From Candidatus Omnitrophota bacterium (GTDB taxonomy: Bacteria > Omnitrophota > Gorgyraeia > Zapsychrales > JANLHA01): a stretch of 64,000 nt of DNA. The notes under the pieces were generated by a model, which worked only from the letters and a program-made list of their open reading frames with translations, was not told the DNA's origin and made no database searches. The DNA lies in the NCBI GenBank assembly GCA_031423615.1, contig JANPFV010000015.1, positions 14,666-78,665 on the forward strand, written 5' to 3'. Made by a program: the position numbers and the translations under genes. This document shows, one piece after another, positions 1-9,114 of this stretch (the stretch's first letter is position 1; each line of letters starts with the position of its first letter).

Positions 1-33
1 TTATCAGGAGCTACTAGTCCGGTTGCCGTTTAT

Positions 34-450
34 GTGGAAGAGATTCAAAAGGACAGTAGAGAATCGCTGGTAAATTCTGCGATTTTTGGGACGAGAGGAA
101 TTTTAGAGCAACTCGATGCTGTTTATGAAGATTGTTTTTTGCCTGGCTGGGATGGGAATGGCGCAAAGGCGATTTCGCATGACGTTTTGCGTAATGCCCG
201 TCATTTTTTGGGATCGCTTCCGTTTGGAATGGAATTGCCAGAGATTGGCGCGGAGCCCGACGGGGCGATTACCTTTGAGTGGTATCGTTCTCCCAAAAGG
301 ACATTATCTGTCAGCATTAATTCCGATGGTTATGTGTATTATGCTTCTTTAACGGGGACTAGTCGCAGGCATGGCGTCGATCCTGTGCAGGGAGGTATTT
401 CCAAAGATTTGATTGTGCTTATTAATCAAGTGTTAGGAATAAGGGTATAA
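34..450 (+). CDS. hypothetical protein (138 aa); the reading frame is open back to base 1, so the 5' end may lie outside the window
   Basis: ORF track; no stop in-frame between base 1 and 34; no recognisable motif. Confidence 0.4.
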   Translation: MEEIQKDSRESLVNSAIFGTRGILEQLDAVYEDCFLPGWDGNGAKAISHDVLRNARHFLGSLPFGMELPEIGAEPDGAITFEWYRSPKRTLSVSINSDGYVYYASLTGTSRRHGVDPVQGGISKDLIVLINQVLGIRV

Positions 451-453
451 AGG

Positions 454-840
454 ATGCAAAGTGTTGTCTTGGACACTGAGTCGTTAGCGCGTTTTATTTT
501 GTTTGGCCGATGGATCCGGGCAGATGGTACGGTCAGGCAGGATGCATTTATTCCGGACGAGCGTTTGGAGTTGTCTGTCACCCGATGTTCAGGTGTTTCG
601 GACAGGGAAATTTGGAACATCGCGGAAGGAATTGCCAGGGTAAGTGGTCGTAATCTTCACGGAAGGGCGGATGTAGTTGTTGCGGTTGTCAGATCCAACA
701 ATCTTGATGTCAAATCGACTCCCCAGGATGGAAATCCACATCACGCGGATGTTGTCAATTGGCCTATCAGAAAAGATGAGCAGAAAATGGTAGCGATGGC
801 TTTAGCAGCCAGCTCACGGTTCCATCCTCCCGCCGTTTGA
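454..840 (+). CDS. hypothetical protein (128 aa), begins 4 nt after the previous ORF ends
   Basis: ORF track; tight spacing suggests co-transcription with 34..450. Confidence 0.4.
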   Translation: MQSVVLDTESLARFILFGRWIRADGTVRQDAFIPDERLELSVTRCSGVSDREIWNIAEGIARVSGRNLHGRADVVVAVVRSNNLDVKSTPQDGNPHHADVVNWPIRKDEQKMVAMALAASSRFHPPAV

Positions 841-873
841 AAATCTTCTTTTAGGATCCTCACTGTTTAATTT

Positions 874-1326
874 ATGCAAAAAATAATGACCAGATGGAAT
901 TTATTGCAAGAATTAATGATGTCTAAAGAATCGTGGGAAGCAGTTGGTAAAGCCTGGCCGCTTTTTCTTTTTTTGATTTTTAATACCAATAAATCGAATA
1001 AGTTTATTACGAACTATGCGGAATTAAAAGAGAAGCTACACGAAAGTCCGAACACCATTAAAAACTGGCGTGAATATTTAGTTAAGAATAAGGTGGTTGA
1101 GGTTTTTAAGGGAAGCGCATCAATGAGTTTTATTTTCTTGCCTCCTTATGATTCGTTGGTCACTTGTGAGCAAGATGACTGGGCCGGAATAAAAATTAAA
1201 TCAGATCCTGGAATCAAAAAAATATTGGATAAAGTTTCAAAACGCGATAATATGTCTTTGCTTCCATTAATTGTGGAGCTTTACACCAAGATTGAAAAGC
1301 TTGAGAAGAAGACAAATTCAATGTAA
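874..1326 (+). CDS. hypothetical protein (150 aa), K/N-rich, visibly AT-richer than its neighbours
   Basis: ORF track; no motif recognised. Confidence 0.35.
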   Translation: MQKIMTRWNLLQELMMSKESWEAVGKAWPLFLFLIFNTNKSNKFITNYAELKEKLHESPNTIKNWREYLVKNKVVEVFKGSASMSFIFLPPYDSLVTCEQDDWAGIKIKSDPGIKKILDKVSKRDNMSLLPLIVELYTKIEKLEKKTNSM

Positions 1327-1361
1327 GAGTCCTGAAAATTGAATTTACCAGACGGTAATAA

Positions 1362-1499
1362 ATGAATGGTAATAAAACATTGGAACAGTTAATAAATACC
1401 AAACAGAGTCATTTCGATGAGAAATTTTGGTATGATAATGAATGGGGATACTCCAAGAAAGTGATCGATCTGATTTCTTACGTTGATTCTGTCAAGTAA
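1362..1499 (+). CDS. possible small protein (45 aa, MNGNKTLEQLINTKQSHFDEKFWYDNEWGYSKKVIDLISYVDSVK)
   Basis: ATG at 1362, TAA at 1497-1499, read directly from sequence; lies just upstream of a terminator hairpin; too short for the ORF track. Confidence 0.2.
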   Translation: MNGNKTLEQLINTKQSHFDEKFWYDNEWGYSKKVIDLISYVDSVK

Positions 1500-1520
1500 A
1501 AGCGGGAACAAAGATAAAAT

Positions 1521-1553
1521 AACCAGTTATCGAAAGGTAGCTGGTTATTTTTT
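1521..1553 (+). terminator. rho-independent terminator
   Basis: 10-bp stem aaccagttat/gtagctggtt with loop cgaaag, followed by attttttt. Confidence 0.55.
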
Positions 1554-1561
1554 ACAATTCT

Positions 1562-1614
1562 TTGACAATCATTTTACTTGTCTTTGACAACACTTTTTTT
1601 GTTCCTGTCATACT
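1562..1614 (+). promoter_or_regulatory. candidate sigma70-type promoter for the rhodanese/two-component operon
   Basis: two TTGACA hexamers (1562-1567, 1584-1589) and a TGTCATACT -10-like element about 18 nt downstream of the second. Confidence 0.35.
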
Positions 1615-1660
1615 TTGATTGTGGCAAATCCAATCACCCACAACGAAAAGGAGACAGGAA

Positions 1661-2233
1661 ATGAAGAATCATTTAGTGGTCCCAGTTATTCTGTCAGTAC
1701 TGTTGTTTGTTGCAATGTTTTATGCCGGCTTGGCCTCTTCTTCCAGCGGCCGGGAAAAGATCTATAATCCTTTAATCGATTATCGAGGATTTAAAAAGCA
1801 GGTTTTAGGGGTCGAAAGTAGCAGAGAAAAAAACAAGCTCACTCTCGACGAATTCTTAAAAATTGCGAAACAAGCGGGGACCATCGTTCTCGATGCGCGC
1901 AGCAAGGATAAATTTGACATGAAACACATTGCCGGCGCAGTCCATTTGGCGTTCACCGATTTTACGCAGAAGACTTTGGCGCGAGTAATCCCGTCTAAGA
2001 ACACCAAAGTCTTAATCTATTGCAATAATAATTTTACCAATGATTCAGAAGAATTTATGACCAAGTCTGCCCCGACGGCATTGAATGTCCATACGACGGT
2101 TTCATTGGCAATATATGGTTATAAAAATGTCTCTGAGTTGGGTCCGGCGCTGGATGAAAACAATCCTAAATTAACGTTTGAATCTTCTCCTAAAGGGGAC
2201 GCTAGCATTACGGTCGAGAGTTCTGAAAGATAA
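1661..2233 (+). CDS. rhodanese-domain protein with N-terminal signal/TM segment
   Basis: the ORF track start at 1619 is a TTG; an AAGGAG RBS precedes the ATG at 1661 (MKNHLVVPVILSVLLFVAMF); rhodanese-like segment VLDARSKDKFDMKHIAGAVHL...IYCNNN. Confidence 0.7.
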   Translation: MKNHLVVPVILSVLLFVAMFYAGLASSSSGREKIYNPLIDYRGFKKQVLGVESSREKNKLTLDEFLKIAKQAGTIVLDARSKDKFDMKHIAGAVHLAFTDFTQKTLARVIPSKNTKVLIYCNNNFTNDSEEFMTKSAPTALNVHTTVSLAIYGYKNVSELGPALDENNPKLTFESSPKGDASITVESSER

Positions 2234-2270
2234 ATAATTTTGTAACTTTAAGAAGAGAGAATGTGGCATA

Positions 2271-3932
2271 ATGAAATCGTTTCTCTTTGGGAATCATTTT
2301 TTCGCCATGCCCATACTCTCTTCTGCCAGATTCGGCGTCGTTTTTATTTTGCTCATTATTGTTCCAGCAACCGTACTGTCTTTCTTTTCCCTTCATTCGC
2401 TGACGAAAGAATCGGCATACCTTGAACAGCAAGTCCAGTCTGGGTTGAAAGAGGAAGTTCGGCATGGGCATTCTTCCGTTAATCAGCTGCTTAAGCGGAT
2501 GCACCATGAATTGGACGGGTACTTTTCGGAGGAAGCCGGAGGGGAACATTTAAAGGAAAAATCGCCTTATGCTGGCATTATCTTTAAGTTGAGCAAGGAC
2601 CGCCAATTCCTTCTTCCTGATCCCGCTGCTTTGTCTTCCCCGGAGCAAGAATTTGTGTCCTCGACAAAGAATTTTTTTAATGATACGGTTCCTGTGCCCG
2701 TCTACTCCGGCCGCTATCAGGCCGATACCAGTCCCACCCAGGAAGCTTACAACGTGAATACTGACCCGCAGCCCAGCGGAAAGATTTTCTTTTCTCAAAT
2801 CATCGCCGGCCACACCAGCGGGACAATACCGTTGATTTTGAATGGCGAAAACCAGCTTTTGTTTTGGAAAGCTTGGAGTGATGGGCAGATCGTGGGATGC
2901 TTGATTGATAAGGGTCATTTTAAAAAAGAAATGAGTGATATTCTACCTCAGGCCGTGACGGAGTCCCGCATTTTGACGGTTCTTGATGACACCGCCCGGC
3001 CTATTGTTCTCGTCGATGGAATGGGATATAGGGATTGGCGGCAAACGTATCTTTCCAAAGAAATAAGCCGCGCCTTGCCCAATTGGAAAATTGCCGTTTA
3101 TTTGATAAATCCACAAGCCATATCCCTTCAGGCCAATCGCTTTTCAAAAATCATCCAGTTTATTATCCTCATGATGTTTTTAGTTATCGCTTTAGGCTGT
3201 TTGCTTGTTTATAATTTCTTGACTGAGAAAATGCGTCTCGCTCAACAAAGAATTGCCTTTGCGATCAATGTTTCTCATGAATTACGAACGCCATTGACTT
3301 CGATCCAAATGTTTGCTCAGATGCTTGTGGAGAAGAAAGGCGAGTCACACAAGAAGCAGGAACAATATTTGCAGTTTATTTTGTCGGAAACGGGGCGACT
3401 CAAACACTTAGTCAATCATCTGCTGGATTTTTCTTCTCTCGAGAATAAGCATCACCGTTATCAAAAGGAATCGATAGATATCATAAAGCTTTGCCGGGAT
3501 TTGGTTGAGTCGCAAAGGCTAAGATTAGAAACGCTCGGGTTTACTGTGCAATTTTATTCCGTGGCAGAGTCTGTTCTTGTTTGGGCAGATCAAGAGGCCA
3601 TAAAACAGTCTTTGTTGAATTTATTAACCAATGCCGAAAAATATTCCTTGGAACAAAAGGAAATGAGTTTATACATTCATGTTGTCGGGAAATTTGTTAT
3701 GATCGATGTGAAAGATGAAGGGGTTGGCATCACAAAGGAAGAACGGGAAAGAATTTTTGAAGAATTTTATCGTATTGACGCTCCGGTTAATACAAAAATA
3801 CAAGGCACGGGGCTGGGGCTTACCATGGCGCGAAAAATAATCCGCGACCATAAGGGAGATTTGCTTTGTCTCGCGGCGGTTAAAGGGGCCTTTTTTCGAA
3901 TTCAATTGCCAATCCAGAAATTTCTAAAATGA
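2271..3932 (+). CDS. sensor histidine kinase (two TM segments around a periplasmic domain, HisKA, HATPase_c)
   Basis: H-box INVSHELRTPLTSI; G-box GTGLGLTMARKII; N-box LLTNAEKYS. Confidence 0.85.
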   Translation: MKSFLFGNHFFAMPILSSARFGVVFILLIIVPATVLSFFSLHSLTKESAYLEQQVQSGLKEEVRHGHSSVNQLLKRMHHELDGYFSEEAGGEHLKEKSPYAGIIFKLSKDRQFLLPDPAALSSPEQEFVSSTKNFFNDTVPVPVYSGRYQADTSPTQEAYNVNTDPQPSGKIFFSQIIAGHTSGTIPLILNGENQLLFWKAWSDGQIVGCLIDKGHFKKEMSDILPQAVTESRILTVLDDTARPIVLVDGMGYRDWRQTYLSKEISRALPNWKIAVYLINPQAISLQANRFSKIIQFIILMMFLVIALGCLLVYNFLTEKMRLAQQRIAFAINVSHELRTPLTSIQMFAQMLVEKKGESHKKQEQYLQFILSETGRLKHLVNHLLDFSSLENKHHRYQKESIDIIKLCRDLVESQRLRLETLGFTVQFYSVAESVLVWADQEAIKQSLLNLLTNAEKYSLEQKEMSLYIHVVGKFVMIDVKDEGVGITKEERERIFEEFYRIDAPVNTKIQGTGLGLTMARKIIRDHKGDLLCLAAVKGAFFRIQLPIQKFLK

Positions 3933-4630
3933 AAAAATCAAAGATTCTTATTGTGGAAGATGACGTCGCTATATTAACCGGCCTGACCGATCTGTTAAGG
4001 GGCGAAGGTTTCGAAGTTTTTTCTGCCACCGACGGAAAGAAAGCCTTAAGCCTTTACAACCAAGAACACCCGGATGTGATGATTGTCGATATTATGATCC
4101 CTGAGAAAAATGGTTTAGAAGTTTGCAAGGAAATTCGCAAGGTAGACCCCGTGGTTTCCCTGTTGATATTGACCGCCAAAAACCAGGAAATTGATAAAGT
4201 TGTTGGTCTGCAATTGGGCGCAGATGATTACCTTGCAAAACCTTTTGGCATTCATGAATTATTAGCCAGAGTTCAAGCGCTATTAAGAAGAAAGCAAATT
4301 CGGCCGAATTTAATGAAAAATAAAGATCCCCTTACGTTTGGCCCTATTCGCATTGATGCCAGAAAGATGGAAGGTTATAAAGGGAAAAAGGTTTTTTCTC
4401 TTTCCGAGCGCGAAATCCAGCTTTTGCGACTATTTACGGCCCATGCGAATGAGGTCTTAGAAAGGGACATGATTTTAAATGTTGTTTGGGGAATTTCCTA
4501 CGTTGGGACAACGCGGACCTTAGACCAGCACATTGTCAAATTGAGGCAAAAGATTGAGGATGACCCTTCTTCTCCTAAATATATTAGGACCGTTCATGGT
4601 GTCGGTTACCGGTTCTGCCCGCCCACATGA
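3929..4630 (+). CDS. OmpR/PhoB-family response regulator (REC plus winged helix)
   Basis: ILIVEDDVAIL...VMIVDIMIPEKNG...LILTAK; C-terminal IRTVHGVGYRF; ATGA overlap with the kinase. Confidence 0.9.
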   Translation: MKKSKILIVEDDVAILTGLTDLLRGEGFEVFSATDGKKALSLYNQEHPDVMIVDIMIPEKNGLEVCKEIRKVDPVVSLLILTAKNQEIDKVVGLQLGADDYLAKPFGIHELLARVQALLRRKQIRPNLMKNKDPLTFGPIRIDARKMEGYKGKKVFSLSEREIQLLRLFTAHANEVLERDMILNVVWGISYVGTTRTLDQHIVKLRQKIEDDPSSPKYIRTVHGVGYRFCPPT

Positions 4631-5151
4631 GAAAATTGACCCATAAAGAAATTGTCAGCCGGCAGAATGAGTTGCAAAGAGAATCGGTTACCACGATTCC
4701 TTTGACTGTTGTGGTCAACAACATCCGCAGTTTACATAATGTCGGATCGATTTTCCGCACGGCCGACGGAGTCGGTGTAGAAAAGATTTGGCTTTGCGGC
4801 ATCACCGGTTATCCTCCCCATTCTCAGATTGCCAAGACGGCCCTCGGCGCGGAAACGCGCGTCAAGTGGGACCATGCCTATGACGCCCAAGATGTGATTG
4901 GTGATCTTAAGAAAAAAGGCTACCAGATTGTGCTGCTCGAGCAGACGGACAAAAGTATTTCTTATCATCGCTTTGTTCCCGCGTCTTTAGTTTGTTTAGT
5001 GGTCGGTAATGAAATCCAAGGCGTTTGCGATGAATTGGTCGCATTATCGGACGCGTCGGTTGAGATTGAAATGGCTGGCCACAAAAATTCTTTAAATGTC
5101 GGTGTGGCCTTTGGGATTGTCGCTTATCATTTTCGAAACTGTTTAAAGTGA
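4627..5151 (+). CDS. SpoU/TrmH-family RNA 2'-O-methyltransferase (minimal, 174 aa)
   Basis: SpoU_methylase motifs VVGNEIQGV and EIEMAGHKNSLNVGVAFGIVAYHF; ATGA overlap with the response regulator. Confidence 0.8.
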   Translation: MRKLTHKEIVSRQNELQRESVTTIPLTVVVNNIRSLHNVGSIFRTADGVGVEKIWLCGITGYPPHSQIAKTALGAETRVKWDHAYDAQDVIGDLKKKGYQIVLLEQTDKSISYHRFVPASLVCLVVGNEIQGVCDELVALSDASVEIEMAGHKNSLNVGVAFGIVAYHFRNCLK

Positions 5152-5519
5152 TTCTTAAAGAAAAGAATATTTGCGGCTGGGATGGGTCTCATTGCGAAAG
5201 TGGGGACGTCGCCGTCTAATCAGAAAAACTTGCCCAGCGCGTTAATCAGCCTTTTTATAACTCTTGCGAAATAGGAATTCTCTCGCTCCCTCTTACCCGG
5301 AATCCTGGACTGGCTTTATCTTAGGCCTCAGAATGGCCTTTGGCTCGGTTTCCCGCTGGAATTATTTCAGGTGATATTTTGTAAGAAAAGCGCCTGAGGG
5401 TTTTATTTTCCATAAATACTGTTATAATAATTTTGGATTTTTAATTTTTTAAGGAAAGAAATCTCGATCAATTCCGATTTTTATAAAATCAATCCTATTG
5501 GAAAGATGAAAAGGTTCTT

Positions 5520-6533
5520 TTGCCGCGCATGAAATTTATTTTTTATTTATTTGCTGGCCTATGGATCTTGATGGTCGCAGGTTGTGAAACGCTTCCTCCC
5601 GCGCCCGGGGCTTCGCGCGACCTTAAAGTCCTCTGTGAGCAATATCATGTTCAATGGTATTTAGACAGCGTTTCTCAGGTTGTTAATTTACGGGCCGCTG
5701 GACGAGAAGCAAAGGCCTTGCTGGGCAGTAATGTGGTTATTGTCGACGGCGAGAAGGTCTTTTTGAGCGATTCTTTGAGCCGGGAACGCGGCACCGTGAT
5801 TGTTCCGCCGGATTTCTTAGCAAAAGTCATCTTGCGTATTGTCGGGACGGGTCCGAGTAGCAGGATGGGGTATCATATTGTGGTGGATGCCGGTCATGGG
5901 GGAAAAGATCCCGGTTGTAAGGGTCGCAGCGGAACAGAAGAAAAGGACATTGTTTTAGATATCGCTCGGCGCTTAAAACAGGACTTGCAAGCCAAGGGTT
6001 TTAAAGTGACAATGACCCGCGACCGCGATGTTTTCATTTCGCTGGAAGAACGGACCGAAATAGCGACACGCGCGAAAGCTGACCTTTTTGTCAGCATCCA
6101 TGCCAATTCCAGTCCTTCCCGGACCGTGGATGGAATTGAGGTGTATGCGTTGCGAGATCTTAATAGTCAGGAAAAGCATGATCCCCAGCGATTGAAGAAT
6201 CAGCGTTTGTTGTGCAAGAGTTTGACGATGAAAAGCGGAGACGGGAATCTGGAATCGATCGTGAGCGATATGCTTTACAATTATAAACTTTCAGAGTCTC
6301 AGCTTTTGGCGTCTTATGTGAACAAGGGAACGAGCCTCGGTGCAAAAGTCAACAGCCGCGGCGTTAAGCGCGCTGGTTTCCATGTTTTGCGCAACACATT
6401 GATTCCCGCGGTTCTGGTTGAGGTGGGATTTCTGACGAATTCCCAGGAGGAAGGGCAATTGCGTCAGCCAAACTACCGTCAAGAAATTGCGGATGGAGTG
6501 GCGTCCAGCCTGATCAGCTTTTCAGCGAAATAA
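5520..6533 (+). CDS. N-acetylmuramoyl-L-alanine amidase (Amidase_3), probable lipoprotein
   Basis: VVDAGHGGKDPG...ADLFVSIHANS...GFLTN; lipobox LMVAGC; the ORF track start at 5520 is a TTG, so the true start may be the ATG at 5529. Confidence 0.85.
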   Translation: MPRMKFIFYLFAGLWILMVAGCETLPPAPGASRDLKVLCEQYHVQWYLDSVSQVVNLRAAGREAKALLGSNVVIVDGEKVFLSDSLSRERGTVIVPPDFLAKVILRIVGTGPSSRMGYHIVVDAGHGGKDPGCKGRSGTEEKDIVLDIARRLKQDLQAKGFKVTMTRDRDVFISLEERTEIATRAKADLFVSIHANSSPSRTVDGIEVYALRDLNSQEKHDPQRLKNQRLLCKSLTMKSGDGNLESIVSDMLYNYKLSESQLLASYVNKGTSLGAKVNSRGVKRAGFHVLRNTLIPAVLVEVGFLTNSQEEGQLRQPNYRQEIADGVASSLISFSAK

Positions 6534-6535
6534 GT

Positions 6536-7348
6536 ATGTTAAACACAAATCAAAGAAATCAACCTATCGGGGTATTTGATTCCGGACTCGGCGGATTGAC
6601 CGTCGTGAAAGCCTTGATGCGGCGTCTTCCGCATGAAGACATTGTTTATTTCGGCGATACCGCGCGTGTTCCTTACGGCACAAAATCCCGGGAGTCGATC
6701 ATTCGCTTTTCCAAGGAAAATGTTGCGTTCCTTTTAAAACAGCAGGTCAAAATGATTGTGGTGGCGTGTAATTCATCGTCGAGCCATGCTTTGGCCGCTT
6801 TGCATGAAACATTTGATTTACCGATTTTAGGCGTCATTGAACCGGGGTGCCGCGCTGCGGCTAAAGCGACCAAAAATAAAAAAGTCGGGATCATCGCCAC
6901 TCCCGCTACGATTAACAGTTATGCTTATCCACAGGAAATCGCGCGTTTGGATTCGACGATCAAGGTTTTGAGTCAGGCTTGTCCGCTTTTTGTTCCGCTG
7001 ATTGAAGAGGGCTGGTCCACAAAGCCGGTTACCGTTTCCGTCGCAAAGGAATATTTAAAGAAATTGTGTCATTCGCAAATCGATACGCTGATTTTAGGCT
7101 GTACGCATTATCCTTTGCTTAAAGCGACTCTGCGAAAAGTTTTGGGGAAAAAGGTAGGTCTGGTCGATTCCGCTGAAGAAGTCGTGCAAGATGTGCGCGA
7201 CACGCTAGAAAATAAAAACGCTTTCAATGTCCAGTCGGGGAAAGCCCGGTATAAATTCTTAGTCAGCGATGAGCCGGCCCATTTTCAAAAACTGGCGCGC
7301 CGTTTTTTAGGGTTCGACATCAAAGACGTGGAGCGGTGTCATGTTTGA
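6536..7348 (+). CDS. murI: glutamate racemase
   Basis: VFDSGLGGLTV, VVACNSSSS and ILGCTHYP motifs. Confidence 0.9.
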   Translation: MLNTNQRNQPIGVFDSGLGGLTVVKALMRRLPHEDIVYFGDTARVPYGTKSRESIIRFSKENVAFLLKQQVKMIVVACNSSSSHALAALHETFDLPILGVIEPGCRAAAKATKNKKVGIIATPATINSYAYPQEIARLDSTIKVLSQACPLFVPLIEEGWSTKPVTVSVAKEYLKKLCHSQIDTLILGCTHYPLLKATLRKVLGKKVGLVDSAEEVVQDVRDTLENKNAFNVQSGKARYKFLVSDEPAHFQKLARRFLGFDIKDVERCHV

Positions 7349-7703
7349 ATTATCCATCACCGGTGATTTTGCATCCGCGCATTTTTTAAGGGATTATGAA
7401 GGTCCCTGTAAAAATCTGCACGGTCATAGTTGGAAAGTGGAAGTCACGATCCAGTCTGATAAGCTCAACACTATCGGGCTGGTGGTCGATTTTCGCGACA
7501 TGAAACAACGCCTCAAAGAAGTTCTTTTGCCCCTGGATCATATTTGCCTCAATGACCTGCCTTATTTTCAGAAAGTCAATCCCTCGACGGAAAATTTGGC
7601 GCAGTATATTTATCGGGAATTGGCCCGTGTGGTCCATCCTTTTGTTTTAAGGCGTGTCCGCGTTTGGGAAAGTGAAACTTCGAGTATAACCTATTTTGAA
7701 TGA
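7341..7703 (+). CDS. queD: 6-carboxy-5,6,7,8-tetrahydropterin synthase
   Basis: CxxxHGH zinc motif (CKNLHGHSWKVEVT); 120 aa; overlaps the end of murI by 8 nt. Confidence 0.85.
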   Translation: MFELSITGDFASAHFLRDYEGPCKNLHGHSWKVEVTIQSDKLNTIGLVVDFRDMKQRLKEVLLPLDHICLNDLPYFQKVNPSTENLAQYIYRELARVVHPFVLRRVRVWESETSSITYFE

Positions 7704-8353
7704 TGAAAAAAAAAGCTGTTGTCCTTTTATCCGGCGGTTTAGATTCCGCGACGACACTTTTTGCCAGCCAAGCGAAAGGTTATCAAACGTTCTGTCTGAT
7801 TTTTGACTATGGTCAGCGGCACCGCAAAGAAATCCTTTGCGCTAAAAAGTTGGCGCAAGCGACCCAAAGCGATTATAAAATTGTTAAAATTGGATTGCCG
7901 TGGGGAGGATCAGCCTTAACGGACAAAAAAATCGCTTTACCAAAAAATCGCAAGAATATTCCGAATGAAATTCCCGTCACCTATGTTCCGGCGAGGAATA
8001 TTATCTTTTTGAGTTTTGCCGCCTCTTATGCTGAAGCACTCGGAGCGCAAGCGATCTTTATCGGGGCCAATGCTGTGGATTATTCAGGTTATCCCGATTG
8101 CCGGCCGTCTTTTTATAAGGCCTTTGCCCGGGTTATGAAATGCGGTTTAAAGACGGGGGTTTCCGGGCAAGTGATCAAAATTCATACCCCTCTTATCCGT
8201 AAGACCAAGGCGGAAATTATTCGGATCGGCCGCAAACTCAACGTTCCTTATGATTTGACATGGTCATGCTACGCCGGCGGGAAAAATCCTTGCGGGGTAT
8301 GCGACAGTTGTCTTTTGCGTACCAAAGGTTTCCGCGAAGCCATAAATTCATAA
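7700..8353 (+). CDS. queC: 7-cyano-7-deazaguanine synthase
   Basis: PP-loop VVLLSGGLDSATT; C-terminal Cys cluster CYAGGKNPCGVCDSC. Confidence 0.9.
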   Translation: MMKKKAVVLLSGGLDSATTLFASQAKGYQTFCLIFDYGQRHRKEILCAKKLAQATQSDYKIVKIGLPWGGSALTDKKIALPKNRKNIPNEIPVTYVPARNIIFLSFAASYAEALGAQAIFIGANAVDYSGYPDCRPSFYKAFARVMKCGLKTGVSGQVIKIHTPLIRKTKAEIIRIGRKLNVPYDLTWSCYAGGKNPCGVCDSCLLRTKGFREAINS

Positions 8354-8404
8354 TAAAATCCATACTGTTTTTAAAGACTATGTTTTGCTGCTAAAGGTTT
8401 TTCA

Positions 8405-9103
8405 ATGACGACCGCAAAAATCTCAGAAATTTTTCAATCCATTCAAGGCGAGGGCAAATATGCCGGCTTCCGCCAAGTCTTTGTGCGCTTTTTTGGTTGC
8501 CATATGCATTGCTCCTGGTGCGATACGCCCGAGTCCATTGGTGACACTACGCGCAATTATCACGAAATGACCTTGTCTGCGGTTTTTGCCAGGATTAAAG
8601 AACTTTGGCCGGATTGTCATTCGGTGAGTTTAACCGGAGGGGAACCGTTATTGCAGGCAGAATTTATAACCCAGCTTTTACCGCTTTTAAAAAAAGCCCG
8701 CATGCCGGTGCATTTGGAAACCAGCGGCGTTCTTTATAGGAATTTAGCACAAGTCATCAAGAATATCGATACCATCGCCATGGATATCAAGTTGCCAAGC
8801 TCGACGGGAGAACGGGCTTTTTGGAAAGAGCACGAGCAGTTTTTAAGGCTGGCCCGTAAGGGCAAAAAGGATGTTTTTGTTAAAGCCATTATCAGCCGTC
8901 ACACTTCCCCAAAAGATTTACTGCGAGCCGTCAAAATTTTAAAAGACGTGGATCCCAATATGCTTTTTATACTGCAACCCAATACGTTTGATTTGAATAA
9001 TGGGGTCGTACAAAAATGCCAAGATTTTCAGAGACGGTGTTTTAAAATTTTGCCCAACACGCGTGTGCTGCCGCAAATGCATAAATTTATGAAAATCCGC
9101 TAA
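8405..9103 (+). CDS. queE: 7-carboxy-7-deazaguanine synthase (radical SAM)
   Basis: Cx3Cx2C motif (FGCHMHCSWCDT) near the N-terminus; lies in the que cluster. Confidence 0.85.
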   Translation: MTTAKISEIFQSIQGEGKYAGFRQVFVRFFGCHMHCSWCDTPESIGDTTRNYHEMTLSAVFARIKELWPDCHSVSLTGGEPLLQAEFITQLLPLLKKARMPVHLETSGVLYRNLAQVIKNIDTIAMDIKLPSSTGERAFWKEHEQFLRLARKGKKDVFVKAIISRHTSPKDLLRAVKILKDVDPNMLFILQPNTFDLNNGVVQKCQDFQRRCFKILPNTRVLPQMHKFMKIR

Positions 9104-9114
9104 GGAGAGTTGCA

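Noticed and set aside
116-352. 78-aa + strand ORF in an alternative frame inside ORF 34-450
   Set aside because: Fully nested out-of-frame ORF with a hydrophobic low-complexity translation; most likely spurious.
1619-1660. Upstream extensions of several ORF-track genes (1619, 5520, 26640, 32071) whose M is actually a TTG codon
   Set aside because: Downstream ATG or GTG codons with a canonical AAGGAG-type RBS (1661, 26652, 32095) are more plausible starts. The 5520 TTG versus 5529 ATG choice remains ambiguous.
5152-5519. Checked the long intergenic gap for tRNA, tmRNA, SRP RNA or RNase P RNA
   Set aside because: No T-loop GTTCGAATC-like element, no tmRNA tag-reading-frame hallmark, no SRP GGAA/AGCAGCC domain IV motif, and no RNase P conserved P4 sequences were recognised by eye. 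Kept only as an unexplained structured region.
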